Counted from the stretch's first letter, positions 9,716 to 21,257 are shown. The stretch is DNA of 64,000 nt from an uncultured Methylomirabilota bacterium (GCA_963845565.1 CAWJSJ010000002.1:1792001-1856000), one strand, 5' to 3'. Numbers and translations: made by a program. The notes: a model not told the origin generated them from the sequence alone.

Positions 9716-10960
9716 ATGGCAGAACAGGCCCCGCGGCGGGTGATCGCGGTGACCGAGGGAGTCATCGGACCAACCACTCCGCGCCCCCGAACGATCCGGC
9801 CCAGGAAGCTCTCCGACTTCCGCGGGGTGGCCGCCGTCCACCTCCAGGTCGCAGAGAAGCTGGCGAGCCCGTTGTTGACGGGGCCGCCCGTCTGCGAGGA
9901 GCTCGTGGCCTTCGTCCAGCACCTCTTCAGCGAAGAGGAGGCGGGTGTCGTGCGGCACTTGCGGCAGTTCGTGGGGATGAGTGCCGCAGACCTCGCCACA
10001 GCAGAGCACCGGCCTGTCGACCAGATCGAGCCGATCCTCCAGCGGCTCACCGGGGTCAAGCGCGCGATTGCCGCCAGCGGGCCGCCTGGGGGGCAGAAAT
10101 ACCGCCTGATGCCCATCATGCCCGGCATCTTCGAGATGGTACTCATCGGCGAATCTCCGAAGGCTCTCTCTCCCTGGCATCGGCGCTTCGCGGAGCTGTT
10201 CGAAGCGCTGTACGCGACCGGATACATCACAGACTATCAGCAGGGGCAGACGCGCCCGTCACCGTTTGTCCGCGCGCTCGCGGTCGGCAGCACCATTGAC
10301 GCCCACCCCATGGCGCTGCCGTCGGACCGCTTGGACGTTGTGCTGGACCGCTACACCGTCTTCGGAGTCGGCCAGTGCCAGTGCCGGATGACCATGCAGG
10401 TCGCCGGCAGAGGCTGCGACAAGCCCGTGGGAAATTGCACCGTGATGGGCCAGTTTGCCGAGCAGGGCATCCAGCAAGGCTGGCTGCGACCGGTGTCCAG
10501 GAACAATGTGCTGGAGATCAAGCGGGAAGCCGAATCACACGGGCTGGTCACGTGGATCATCAACGCCGAGGCCGCCAAAGGGCAGGCCTCCTGTTCCTGC
10601 TGCGGCTGCTGTTGCCACGCCATGCGGATGGTCACCGAGTTCAACGCGCCCGGGGTCATCGCGCCGGCGCACTTCCGGCCGCGGTTTGACGACACCCGCT
10701 GCACCACCTGCGGCCAATGCGCCACGCAGTGCCCGATGGGCGCGCTGTCCATGGACGTGCCCCAGCGGACACGCCGGCACTTGGCGGCGCGGTGCATCGG
10801 CTGCGGCCTGTGCGTGGTGGCGTGTGGCGATCGACGGGCCGTCGCCATGGAGCCCGTGCCGGACTACACCTTGCCCTACCAGAGTTGGTTTGCCTACCAG
10901 GTCCGCGCCGCCACCGGCATGGTCAAGAACGCCTGGCAGGTATGGCGGCGCCGCCCGTGA
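9716..10960 (+). CDS. 4Fe-4S dicluster-containing protein
   Basis: CQCR, CSCCGCCC, CTTCGQCATQCP, CIGCGLCVVAC. Confidence 0.85.
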   Translation: MAEQAPRRVIAVTEGVIGPTTPRPRTIRPRKLSDFRGVAAVHLQVAEKLASPLLTGPPVCEELVAFVQHLFSEEEAGVVRHLRQFVGMSAADLATAEHRPVDQIEPILQRLTGVKRAIAASGPPGGQKYRLMPIMPGIFEMVLIGESPKALSPWHRRFAELFEALYATGYITDYQQGQTRPSPFVRALAVGSTIDAHPMALPSDRLDVVLDRYTVFGVGQCQCRMTMQVAGRGCDKPVGNCTVMGQFAEQGIQQGWLRPVSRNNVLEIKREAESHGLVTWIINAEAAKGQASCSCCGCCCHAMRMVTEFNAPGVIAPAHFRPRFDDTRCTTCGQCATQCPMGALSMDVPQRTRRHLAARCIGCGLCVVACGDRRAVAMEPVPDYTLPYQSWFAYQVRAATGMVKNAWQVWRRRP

Positions 10961-11063
10961 CGCGCGCTCGCTGGCGCCAGGCGTGCCGGCGTTTGCTCGC
11001 GGCGATCCGGGACGTTGTCGCCCTCTGTCCTGCGAACAGGGGGACCACGAAAGGAAGTCGCCC

Positions 11064-11999
11064 GTGGCCGTAATCCACAGCCGCTACCCGGAAGCCGGGG
11101 TCGTCACCATCGACCGCACCACCTGCACGGACTGCGGCTGCTGCGCACAGATCTGTCCCACCGACGTGCTCCGGCTGGATGCCGACCACGTGACGATCCA
11201 CGCGGACAGTCCGCTCGGGTGCATCGCGTGTGGGCACTGCATGATGGCGTGCCCGGAGCAGAGCGTGATCGTGATGGGCCGCGGCCTGTCCCCGGCGGAC
11301 CTGATGCCGCTGCCGCCTCCCAACGAACGCGCCACGGCCGAGGCGTTCGCCGCTTTGCTGCAGGCGCGCCGCAGCGTGCGCCGCTTCACCGACCAGGACG
11401 TGGATTCGGCGCTCTTGGAGCGCATCGTCGCCCTGGCGGCGTCCGGGCCGATGGGGGTCCCTCCCTGGGATGTGGGCTGCGTCGTGGTCCGCGGCCGAGC
11501 AGAGGTCCGCCAACTCGCGGCCGGGATCATCCAGGGGTACGCCGGGTTCCTGAAGGTGGTCCGGCCGTGGCTGCTCACCGCACTCCGCCCCTTCGTCCGG
11601 ACGACCACCTACGAGCGGTTCCGGTCATTCATCCGGCCGCTCGCCGAGATGTACGTCGAAGGCCACCGCCAGGGACGAGACCTCCTCTTCTACGACGCGC
11701 CGGCAGTCCTGGTGTTCCACCATTCCCCCTATGCCGACCTGGCCGACACGACCATCGCGTGCACCTACGCGATGCTGGCGGCCGAGGCGCTGGGCCTGGG
11801 CACCACCATGATCGGCGGCGCAGCCCCCATGCTGCAGCGGAATCCGGCGCTCTGTCGGCGCGTGGGCATCCCACCCAACCACACCCCCGCCATCGCGCTG
11901 ATCCTGGGCTATCCGGCGACGCGCTTCCTGCGAGCGGTGCGCCGCCGCTTCATCGACGTCAAGGGGGTCTCCTCCGGCGCCGAGGCGGGAGCCCGCTGA
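11064..11999 (+). CDS. ferredoxin-nitroreductase fusion protein
   Basis: CTDCGCCAQICP, CIACGHCMMACP, RRSVRRF, AEALGLGT, LILGYP. Confidence 0.88.
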   Translation: MAVIHSRYPEAGVVTIDRTTCTDCGCCAQICPTDVLRLDADHVTIHADSPLGCIACGHCMMACPEQSVIVMGRGLSPADLMPLPPPNERATAEAFAALLQARRSVRRFTDQDVDSALLERIVALAASGPMGVPPWDVGCVVVRGRAEVRQLAAGIIQGYAGFLKVVRPWLLTALRPFVRTTTYERFRSFIRPLAEMYVEGHRQGRDLLFYDAPAVLVFHHSPYADLADTTIACTYAMLAAEALGLGTTMIGGAAPMLQRNPALCRRVGIPPNHTPAIALILGYPATRFLRAVRRRFIDVKGVSSGAEAGAR

Positions 12000-12316
12000 C
12001 GAGACCGGACGCGAATCAGGGGGAACCCAACCGATTCCGCCCGCAAGGGCAGGGGAGCGGCGCGTCGCCCATGTGTCGGGTCGCCGCGCAGTCACGCCCC
12101 AGTCGTCGGTTCAACAGCACCCGCGCGATCCCGGGCCTATATCGGGTCTGCACGGGGAAGCGCCAGGGACTCGAACGACATGCTTCCCAACCATCCATGG
12201 TCCCGTGATCCCGCGACCCCGCGGTGTGGGGGAGGACTCTGTCGCTTGCGGAGGGGAGGCCGTTTCGAGGGTGGGCGCGTAGGCGTTCGGCGCAGAGACC
12301 TTCGTGGGCATGGGCA

Positions 12317-12949
12317 TCAGTGGCCCAGTTGCCAGACCCTGACCGCGTCAACCGGATACAGCAGCATCAGAACGTTTAGGAGGAGGCTGTCCTTGATCCA
12401 AACGAGGAGCACCACCTCCGTCACCAAGAACAGCCCGAGCGAACGCCAGAACCCGAGGTAGCGAGCTATCACAAACCCGACGCCGAAGCTCAGGATGTCG
12501 CCCAGCGAATTCGCGACCGTGTCGCCCTGGTAGTCGAGCGAGGCCGTCACCGCCCGATACCGCTGGATCACGAAATCAGTATTTTCGACGACCTCCCACA
12601 CGGCTTCGATAAGCACGGCGAGCCAGAGCCGCCACGCGAATGGTAATCGTGGGCAAACCCACACGACCAGCCCGCAGAGCACCATGCCGTGGAGCACGTG
12701 CGTGAAGCTGTACGGGTCGATCAGGTGCTGAGAGTTGTGCTGACTCCAGATGTTGCCCGACCAGAGAGACAGTTGGCCGCAGGCGCACCACCAGAGGCGG
12801 CCCTGGCTGCGCAGTTGATAGATGCTACCCGCCATGAGCGCCGCCATCGCAACCCACGGCCAATAGCTCCCTCGGACGCGGGGAACGCTCCGCGCGGGTG
12901 AGTCGCCCCCCGTTGCAGCAGACCCCTTTGGCGTGACCGGCTCGGACAT
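12317..12949 (-). CDS. DUF2585 (UPF0314) membrane protein
   Basis: GRLWWCACG...NSQHLIDPYSFTHVLHG...WEVVENT...YQGDTVANSLGD. Confidence 0.9.
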   Translation of the reverse strand: MSEPVTPKGSAATGGDSPARSVPRVRGSYWPWVAMAALMAGSIYQLRSQGRLWWCACGQLSLWSGNIWSQHNSQHLIDPYSFTHVLHGMVLCGLVVWVCPRLPFAWRLWLAVLIEAVWEVVENTDFVIQRYRAVTASLDYQGDTVANSLGDILSFGVGFVIARYLGFWRSLGLFLVTEVVLLVWIKDSLLLNVLMLLYPVDAVRVWQLGH

Positions 12950-13156
12950 CGAACCTATCTCCGCCTCGCCCAACGTTGGAATGAAGCGGTGGGGCTTTGT
13001 GTCGTCCGCGTGAATGAGATGCTCAGGCCACCCCGACCGAACCCATCCCCGCTAGACCGATAAGAGGTAGAGGGGCTCGCGCTGCGCTGTCCCCTTTTTC
13101 ATCCTTCTGACGAACTGTCACTCCTGGACAAATACCGCCCGGCCGGCCGACGGTGC

Positions 13157-14494
13157 TCACCCGGGACTCCTTATCGCGTGGGCCCGCGGCTCCGCCCGGC
13201 GAAAGGCCCAGCGGAGGCCCACCGGGGCGAGCAGGGTCGTCACCAGTACCATGACCACGAGGGCCGAGAAGACCCCCGGCGAGATGATGGGCGCCCCGTC
13301 GAGCACGAGGCCGCTCCCGACCCCGGCAAAGATCAGGCCGACCTCTCCGCGAGGCACCATGCCCATCCCGACGGCCAGGCGGTTCGTTCCGCCACCTACC
13401 ACCCCGAGCGGGGCGAGCAGCTTGCCGACCAGCGCGGCCACCACCAGTCCGGCGCCCAGAATCAGGGTCTCGCGGTTCGCGATATTCCCCAGTTCCACCC
13501 GCAGGCCCATCATGACAAAGAAGAGCGGGACGAAGAACATCCCGAGCGGATGCATCAGGTCCGAGAGCGTGGCCTCCTCCTCCGGCGTGTGAACCCCCTC
13601 ACCGTAGGGGTCGAGCATGACGCCGGCGGCGAACGCCCCGATGATGTCTGCCAGGCCGATCAGCTCGGCGGCGTAGGCCAGGGTGAAGCAGAGCGCCAGG
13701 CCGACGACGAGCAAGAAACCACGCTGTCCCGTCCACGCGGCCAGGCGGATGAGCGGCGCCGACAAGTACCGACCGAATCCGATCGTCCCCCCGAGAAAGA
13801 GCACGGCTCGCAACAGAATCCCGAGCACCGTGCCCGCGGACACGCCCGGCCCCCCGCTCGCGGCGGCCGTCACCGCGCCGCTGACGATCGCCAGGACGAT
13901 CAGGCCCAGGATGTCGTCGATCACGGCGGCCCCCAGAACGATCTGCGCCTCCCGGCTCTGGGTCTGCCCAAGGTCCTTCAGGACGCGGGCCGTGATCCCG
14001 ACACTCGTCGCCGAGAGCGTGGCGCCGATGAAGACATGAGTGAGCGTGGGGCTCTGCGGCAGCAGCCAGGCCGCGAGGGCCCACCCCAGGGCGAGGGGCG
14101 CCGCCACCCCGATGAGGCCCACCAGGACCGCGGAGGGGCCGACGCGCACCATGGCGCGGAGGTCCACTTCCAGGCCGACGTCGAAGAGCAGGATCAAGAC
14201 CCCCATCTCCGCCAGGACCTGCAGGGAAGGATCGTACCGGACGAAGGCCACGCCGCTGCCGATCAGGAGGGCGGACGCCACGTTCCCCAGAAGGATGCCG
14301 ACCAGCAGCTCCCCCAGCACAGAGGGCTGCCCCAGCCGTTCGCTGAGCATCCCGGCGAACTTGGCCGCGAGGACGAGAATCCCCAGGCTGAAGAGGATGG
14401 GGCCGAAGGCCGGATGGCCGCCCGTCTCGGCCGCCCAAGCGGGAAGCGACAGGGCCGTCAGGAGCAGAAAGAGCGCTGCCGCGAAAGTTGACAT
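13157..14494 (-). CDS. cation:proton antiporter (CPA2, NapA/KefB-like)
   Basis: QPSVLGELLVG, ATSVGIT, AAVIDDILG, GMVPRGEVG; many TM segments. Confidence 0.93.
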   Translation of the reverse strand: MSTFAAALFLLLTALSLPAWAAETGGHPAFGPILFSLGILVLAAKFAGMLSERLGQPSVLGELLVGILLGNVASALLIGSGVAFVRYDPSLQVLAEMGVLILLFDVGLEVDLRAMVRVGPSAVLVGLIGVAAPLALGWALAAWLLPQSPTLTHVFIGATLSATSVGITARVLKDLGQTQSREAQIVLGAAVIDDILGLIVLAIVSGAVTAAASGGPGVSAGTVLGILLRAVLFLGGTIGFGRYLSAPLIRLAAWTGQRGFLLVVGLALCFTLAYAAELIGLADIIGAFAAGVMLDPYGEGVHTPEEEATLSDLMHPLGMFFVPLFFVMMGLRVELGNIANRETLILGAGLVVAALVGKLLAPLGVVGGGTNRLAVGMGMVPRGEVGLIFAGVGSGLVLDGAPIISPGVFSALVVMVLVTTLLAPVGLRWAFRRAEPRAHAIRSPG

Positions 14495-15218
14495 GGCCGG
14501 CCCCCGTCAGGTTCCGCGTGACATCAGACGTGGCCGACATCGGGTTGTCGGCTGTGGGAAACAACTAGCACAGGACGGACCATCGAGCAACTGGTGCCTC
14601 GCCGCCCCGGGAAGACACGTTCCGTGAGCCTGCCGGTTGCCGCGCCTCACGATCGGATCGCCAGACTCCGGGAGCCCTCACCGCGGTACGACTCGACGAG
14701 CCGAACATCATTCCGCCTTCCGCGAAAAGGGAGCCGAGCGGCTTCCCCAATTACTGTGCGGTGCGTAAAATAGGCGACACGTCAAACAGAACCGCACAGT
14801 CCGGGGGAGAGTCCGACGAGGGGCGGCGGCCCGCCCCTCTCGGAGGGGCCCGGGGGGAGGGCCGAGCGCTTGCGTCGCATCGGGTGCAAGCGCGAGGGCC
14901 TTCCCCACCAACGGAGCAGCGCGGCGGGCGGTGTAGCCATTATTCCGCGCTGCGGAGTAGCTTGGCAAATGATCCAGGGGATGCCGCGGGTTCGAACCCC
15001 AGGGGGGACCCGAAGGCTCTTGTACGCTGAACATCGCAGGGGTCATACGCCTTTAGAAACGAGAGCTTTCAGCCGCCATTCTGCAAACGGCGGGCGGTGT
15101 GGTCGGGGTAACTCGTGGACCAAGCTGGGGGCCCGGCGAAAAGGCGGTGGGGAGGCCGATCAGGTGCTGTCGGACGTGCGAGGTTGGCGATGTTCCCGAG
15201 CTGGCGTGCCAGGCGGCG

Positions 15219-15642
15219 CTACTTGAAGAGGTCGTCGAAGGCCTGCCGACCGGACCTGGTGGTACCGGCGGCTTTCGTTTCGCGCTCCACGGTCGTTCGA
15301 GGCTTCCAGAGCGTGCAGTCGTTGCGAGCATCCTTCACGGCAATCCTCGCAGCAATCGGCTGCAGGCACTGCAGCCGGGCGCCCGGATCGAAGAACGTGC
15401 ACTGCATACACGCGTGGAGCTCGGCGCCGCACTTGCCGCACCGCGCGTTGCTCACGTCTGCGTTGGACAGCTCGCCCGCGCAGCGCGCGCACCGGATGAC
15501 CTCACGCCACTGCATCAGGTTCAGGGCGCGCGGCCCCTCGGGCTGGTCGGCGCGAGGACGAGGATTTTGCGCCCGCAGGCGCCCGCGGCGTCTTTCGGCC
15601 GTCGTCCTGGTACCCGCGCTGTCGGTACTTCTGGTCTGACAT
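15219..15642 (-). CDS. Cys-rich hypothetical protein (frameshift near 15570-15600)
   Basis: MSDQKYRQRGYQD then, in another frame, CARC, CGKC, HACMQC...AFDDLFK. Confidence 0.65.
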
Positions 15643-15810
15643 CGCCCAGTCTCGCCCTCGGTCGCGCGCTCTGCTCCAGCCGGCGCCCGCCCGCGGGCGG
15701 CGGCCGTAAGCAGAGCCTGTCTATGTGGCGGCGTCCCCGAACTGCTCTCGGGTATTATATACGGGTTATCCGCGGGAGAGCACCTCCAAATAGCGCCTAG
15801 AAGCCGGAAC

Positions 15811-16589
15811 TTATTGGTCTTGGGTCAGCCCGCCCGCCACCCAATCCTGTGGCCCGGTCGCACTGCGCTGGAGCCCCCGCTCGCGCTGGCGTGCGGCCCG
15901 TTCGCGATGTTGTAGGTGCCCCCGCTCACGCTGGCGGCGCTCCCGTTCGCGGCGTTGAACTCACCGCCGTTCACGCTGGTGTACAGCCCGCGTGCGGCGT
16001 TCCCCGTGCCCCCGCTGACGCTGGCGTAGGGTCCGCTGGCCTTGTTCTCCCGCCCCCCGGTCACAGTGGCGGCGCGGCCATTGCTGGTGTTGTACGCCCC
16101 CACCACCAGCCCCCCGTACTGGGCGTAATTGTTCCGATCCCCGATCACGAGGTAATGCGAGCCGGTCTTGTGGGAGGTGGCCCACGTCTGACCCGCCCGT
16201 TCGCAGGGTTCCCTGTCGGTGAATTGGCCGTCCGCGCAGAAGTACATCTCGTCGGCCCGGGCGAGGTCGTAGCCGAGGATCAGGTTCCCCCGGCCATTGA
16301 CCGTGTCGGTCTGGCCCGTTCCGTTCACGAGTTGGAGATTCAGGCCCGAGAAGAGCGCCCTCGGCTGGTCTCCCGTGGTGACGGTGAGGTACTTATTCAA
16401 CGCCATCACCTGGCTGGACTTCAGTGCGGCGACCTCGGTCTCCAAGGCGGTCACCTTTGTCTGGAGCGCCGCCACCTTCGCGTCCAGGGCGGCCAGCCGG
16501 TCGAGGAGTTCAGGTGTGGGGGGTGCGGCGGCCAGCACCACTCCGGTCACGAGCACGACGGCGACCACCAACATGCTACCAATGACCAT
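15811..16589 (-). CDS. exported protein: coiled coil plus ~5 14-aa SGGxxNxAxG repeats (YadA-head/beta-solenoid-like); frameshift near 15870
   Basis: paralogue of 21377-23012; the alternative frame gives C-terminal QRSATGPQDWVAGGLTQDQ*. Confidence 0.75.
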
Positions 16590-16706
16590 CCAGCGGTTCG
16601 TGGCAGTTCCCTCCTCCCTACGCCCGCCCCAATGCATGGGCGGACGCCGCGATGCCGACCGAAATGAGTACCAGCCACCCTCTATTTGAACACCCCGCTC
16701 CGTTGG

Positions 16707-17577
16707 CTATTTCACCCGTTCATACGTGATCACGGCCCGCGCCATCCGGTTGTCGGGCCGGGCCGCCCAGGCCGTCATCTCTTGGAGGCGGTCGCCGCTG
16801 ATTTGAAACGCCCGGGTCTGCTCCGTGCCCACCCAGGCGGGGTTCGCGGACACCTCCACGGTGGTGATCCACTTGGCGCCGTCCACGCGGTACGGGCCGG
16901 TGTACGCGACCAGGGAGTTGAACAGCCCGACACGATCCTGGTCGGTGGTCGGGGCCTTCCGTCCCTCCCCCGTGATCACCACCGACATACGCCCTTCGGG
17001 CTGGAAGAGGATGTACCCCGTCGCGGTCCCGCCCATCGGGTATTCGCGCTCGCCCGTCGCCTGATACTCCCGCTGGAACGCGACGAGTCGCCACAGCCCC
17101 ACCGAGCGGGGTGCGATCCCCGGACCGGGTCAGGGTGACCCGTGCCGATTGATCCCGTCATCGAGGAGGATCTTCTTGCCGTCCTCGCTGATGCTGCCCC
17201 TTGCACGGGCGATGATTCCTCCGACACCGCGCCACAATCGCAACGCGCTTAAACCCAGTCGTGTCTAAATCCCCCTGCAAACCGGGACTCCCGGCTCGTC
17301 CCAGGTACGCCGGTGGCGGGCTGTCCTTCACGCGAATGGCGCGTAACGGCGCCGCCGGTCTGCGTGATTCTCCACACCGTGGGAAAGATTCCAAACCGTG
17401 CCGCCGGTCCGTAGTTCTCGACAAAGGCGTCCCAGTCGCCGCTCAAGTCCCACACGGTCTCCCCGCTCGGCAGCTGGACCTTCGGGCTGCCGTGGTGACC
17501 GTCTGGGGCACAGACCACGCCGCCCAGGCGAGGACGGCGGCGATACCCAGCAGTACGATGACGATCTTGGTCTTCAT
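16707..17577 (-). pseudogene. exported uncharacterised domain apparently fused to a lipocalin-like domain; several frameshifts
   Basis: signal peptide MKTKIVIVLLG; LPSGETVWDLSGDWDA domain; VTLTR runs without a stop toward VGLWRLV...AYTGPY lipocalin-like domain. Confidence 0.6.
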
Positions 17578-17665
17578 GAGAGCACCCCTTTCAATTGGGA
17601 GGTAGAGTGTAGGCGATGATGCCTTCCCCATACCCCCTGGACTCCGGCACTCGGGGCGCTGCCTT

Positions 17666-18101
17666 CTATCCGCGTCGCGCTCGCTTCCACACCAGGTGCG
17701 CGGTCTGCACCTTGCCCTTGATGAGCAGCGGCGGGGTGCTGATGCGCAGCGTGTCCCCGGTCAGGTTGACGATCCGCTCCTGGGTCACCCCGGTCCAGTT
17801 CGGGAAGAGGCTCGCGTCGATGTGGTGGAAGACCCGGTCGCCGTTGACCTCGTATCGGCCGCAGTAGGCGATGTAGGTCCCGATGGCGGCGCTCTTTTCC
17901 TCCGATGTCCCGCCAAGGATGTCGGCCGCGCCAAACGGCGTGCGACCCGCGGGCATGAAGGCCACCGACATGTAGCCCTGCGGGGTCGTACATGAGGTAG
18001 CCGATGGGTGTCCGACCGAACGGATAGTCCACCGCCCCGTTCGCATCCACGACCTCCCACGACTCCAGGGTCCAGGTGCCCACCACCGCTGTGCTGTTCA
18101 T
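17666..18101 (-). CDS. lipocalin-like domain protein (frameshift near 17985)
   Basis: VVGTWTLESW, GYLMY, AYCGRY, SLFPNWTG..QER. Confidence 0.8.
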
Positions 18102-18192
18102 GTGCCGCCTCCGTGAAAAGGTGTAGGGCACCGTTGAATCGCGACACTCGCGTGGCCCGCGCGACATGTTCCGCGAGAACTGGCCTGCTCCC

Positions 18193-18637
18193 TCATGGTC
18201 TGGTCAAGGTCACCCTTAACGACCATCCATCATCGAGGACGATCTTGTTGCCATCCTCACTGATTTGCCCCTTGATTGGCGATATTGGGCTTCCATGGCT
18301 GAATCATCTCAACTCTTTGAAACCGTTCTTGTCTAACTCGCCTCGCAAACTGGGATTCCCGGCTCGTTAGGAGAGGGTGGGGGGTTGTCCTTCAAGCGAA
18401 TGGCGCTAAAGGTGCTGCCGGTCTGCGTGAAGCGATGCACATTGGGATAGTTTCCAAATTCACGTTTGGGCCGAAATGCTCGACGACGGCATCCCAGTCT
18501 CCCGTGAGGTCCCACACTGTTTCGCCGCTCGGCAGCGTAACCATCGGTCCTCGTGTTGCCGCCTGGGCACCGGCTCCGCCCGTCCAGGCCAGGGCGGCAG
18601 CGACAGCGGGTAGCCAGATGGCGCCTTTGGCTCGCAT
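18193..18637 (-). pseudogene. exported protein paralogous to the N-terminal part of 16707-17577; frameshifted
   Basis: MVTLPSGETVWDLTGDWDA...AIRLKDNPPP...ISEDGNKIVLDDG..VTLTRP*. Confidence 0.6.
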
Positions 18638-18651
18638 AGGGCGCTCTCCTT

Positions 18652-19175
18652 TCACTTGGGAGGCAGGGTGTAGGTCAGCGTCCCTTCCCCATAGCGCCTT
18701 TGATCCTGCTTCCCCGTTTCTCGGCTGGAAGAAACTTTCGTCGCATCCCGTCCAGTGCCCTTGATGCCTTCAAATCGGCCCGTCCCCTTGATGATTTCGC
18801 TTGTCGCGTCGGATGCGGTTGTCACACCCGCTGTTCTACGCCGCGCAGATTGACCCTTGAGCATGATGGTCGAACCATCGGCGAATTTTATGGTTTCATA
18901 GATCGTAGATGTGCCCGCGTCTCTGGTCGAATCATTGAGGCGTCACTCGCTTGATCGTCGCGACTCCCCGTTGTCCAACGACATGAAACCTCCGCGCGCG
19001 CAAGCGATACCGTGTGTCCTTCCACGTCGTCGACCACACGATGTCCTCCCTGATTCATCCAGACGTACGACTTGTAATTCAAGGACTCCGCCCGCGCCGG
19101 CAGGCCGAGCCAAGCATGCCACGCCGAGATCGCGCACATGCCGACGAGTATCCGCAGGGATTGTCTTGTCGCCAT
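18652..19175 (-). pseudogene. exported hypothetical protein, multiply frameshifted
   Basis: signal-like N-terminus; IIKGTGRFEGIKGTG motif; GEGTLTYTLPPK*. Confidence 0.55.
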
Positions 19176-19377
19176 GGTTGGTTCCTCCTTGGTGTGTCCG
19201 CAGAGCGTCTGTGTAGTCCCTCTCCCTGCCCTCCGTCCCCACGTTCGCGCTCCCACCGGCGGGCCAGGTGTCGTGTCGCGTGACACGCGACGCCGGGGTA
19301 CGCGACCGCAGGCGACGGAGGCGTTCGCGAACGAGCGCCTACGATCAATGCCCAGACTTCGAGCATCGTCGCGGCGG

Positions 19378-19890
19378 CTACTTGACGCGTACCCACTTCT
19401 GATACGAGGTGCCGCCAGACGACGCCGTGGGGTTCACGGCGGTCATCTCGTCGCCCACGATTTTGTAGGTGCGCTTCTCCGTGGTGCCGGCGCGATTGGG
19501 GAAGCTGCTGGCTTCCCACGCGATGGAGACCGTCTCGCCGTCGACCGTGTACCTCCCAAACCCCGCAATGATGCCCTGCACGACGGCGCGGTATTCGGCA
19601 TCCGTCCCTTTCAGGCGGTTGTTCACCGCGAACTCGGGCAAGTCCGCTTTCGAGAGGAACGAGATGATGTAGCCCGAGCGGTCGAACACCACCAGGCCCA
19701 CGATTCTCTCGCCGTAGGGTTGTGTCTTGACGCCGCCCTCCTCGGTGTAGATCGAGGTCTGCCGCCACGCCCCGACAATCTGTTCCTGGAGCGATTGGCC
19801 CCGCGCGGTGCCGGGGGCCGACACCAGCGCGACGAGGGCCACCCCCACGGCCAGGCGACCCCATCCGGTTCCGAACCCGAGTCTTCTCAT
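19378..19890 (-). CDS. exported lipocalin-like domain protein
   Basis: signal peptide; QIVGAW, AGFGRYTVD, SSFPN. Confidence 0.8.
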   Translation of the reverse strand: MRRLGFGTGWGRLAVGVALVALVSAPGTARGQSLQEQIVGAWRQTSIYTEEGGVKTQPYGERIVGLVVFDRSGYIISFLSKADLPEFAVNNRLKGTDAEYRAVVQGIIAGFGRYTVDGETVSIAWEASSFPNRAGTTEKRTYKIVGDEMTAVNPTASSGGTSYQKWVRVK

Positions 19891-20012
19891 GACCCTCCCC
19901 TCCTGTGCGTGCGCCACCTCAGACCAACGGGACGGGCACCCGCCGGTGCGGCGCGCGCGGGTGCCCTGCGGCCATCCGACGTTGGCAGGTGATCTGCCAC
20001 TCAACTTAGTAT

Positions 20013-20333
20013 TTACTTTCCTGGCGCGCTATACGTCGGCGTCAGCTTCCCTGCGGCGTCGATGTCCTCCGGCGTCAGCAGCACGGTCGTCTTGGTGGCG
20101 ATTGTTCCGGTCGCGGTGACTGTCAGCGCGCAGGCCGTCGCCGCGGCATGGGTGGGGAACTCCCCAATGATGTACAGGTCGGTGTCGCCGAAGGCATAGT
20201 AGTAGGCCTCGATGCTGCCCCCCAGCGACTTGAAGAGCTTTTCCGTGACGGCGCGGCGCTTGGAGCCCCCGTCTTTGAGTAACCCCTTGACGCCCTCCCC
20301 GACATAGTTGACTTGGATGAGATACTTCGGCAT
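20013..20333 (-). CDS. GYD domain protein
   Basis: MPKYLIQVNY..EGVKGL...LGGSIEAYYYAFGDTD...TTVLLTPED. Confidence 0.88.
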   Translation of the reverse strand: MPKYLIQVNYVGEGVKGLLKDGGSKRRAVTEKLFKSLGGSIEAYYYAFGDTDLYIIGEFPTHAAATACALTVTATGTIATKTTVLLTPEDIDAAGKLTPTYSAPGK

Positions 20334-20735
20334 CGCGCATCCTCCTCTTTTTCCCACGCCGGGCGCCCCCCTCGGGTGGTGAAGACCGTGGTGCTCCACA
20401 CCGCCGCAGCCGCTCCCGGGCGGAGAGGGCCAAGGCGAGACCCCTGGCGGTCCGGTCCCTGTTCTCAAGTGGTTAGACGTTTCTGGAGTCTGACTCGGGT
20501 CGGCTGCCTCCCGTGGGCTTACGCCCTGGGGAGGCGACGGTGCGGAACCTTGAGGTGGACCCACAACATCGGGAACCTCAAACGCCCCCAGGAAATCGGT
20601 GCGGGGATGGGTGGAGGCTGAATACAATCTCTGACCCGGATTCGGTGCCGTCAATAGCGCGGGTAGCTGTTTTCCACGCCGGAAGTCCCCCTGCCAGACG
20701 CCGGGTCCGGCTCTCGGGACGGAAACCGCCGCGGG

Positions 20736-21257
20736 CTATTGCTTCGGGTTCTGGTCGCGGTAGATGGCGATGAACTCATCCACCATGTGGGCCAGCATGC
20801 GCCGGAGGTGTTCCGCGACCCGCGCGGGAGTGGCGACCCCAAGGCCCGCGTGCTCCCACGTCACCCCGAACGTCATGATGCGCGGGTCGCGCACGAGGAG
20901 AACCACTTGCTGGAGCGCGACCGTCATGCTGACTCCACAGAGGAGGTCTTTGACCGGTTCGAACGCGGTCACGGCGATGATCAAATGCGTGGCCGTGCCG
21001 AGACCGACCTGGATGCCCGCGTCGTCCAGGCGCGCCTCCACCTCGGCTTGAAGTTCCTCCGGTGAGACGCGCCGACAGCCCGCGTCCATGTTGAGGGGCG
21101 GCACAATGACTTCGAGGGCCTCCAACCCTTTGAGGGAGACCCGTTTGATGGCTTCGTACTCCGCGACGGGGTCTTCGGCCCACGCGGGAGCTAGGACGAG
21201 CAGGGCCAGGACTCCGAGGGAAAAGCAGCGAACCGCGAGGCCAGTACGGTAGCGCAT
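20736..21257 (-). CDS. exported hypothetical protein
   Basis: GGAGG RBS, signal peptide (APAWA), SLKGL...VDEFIAIY..QNPK. Confidence 0.7.
   Translation of the reverse strand: MRYRTGLAVRCFSLGVLALLVLAPAWAEDPVAEYEAIKRVSLKGLEALEVIVPPLNMDAGCRRVSPEELQAEVEARLDDAGIQVGLGTATHLIIAVTAFEPVKDLLCGVSMTVALQQVVLLVRDPRIMTFGVTWEHAGLGVATPARVAEHLRRMLAHMVDEFIAIYRDQNPKQ

Noticed and set aside
14500..14900. Na+/Li+ (nhaA-type) riboswitch upstream of the antiporter
   Set aside because: Only generic hairpins are present; consensus not recognisable
14985..15005. GGTTCGAACCC, a tRNA T-loop-like sequence
   Set aside because: No complete T-stem, acceptor stem or anticodon arm on either strand
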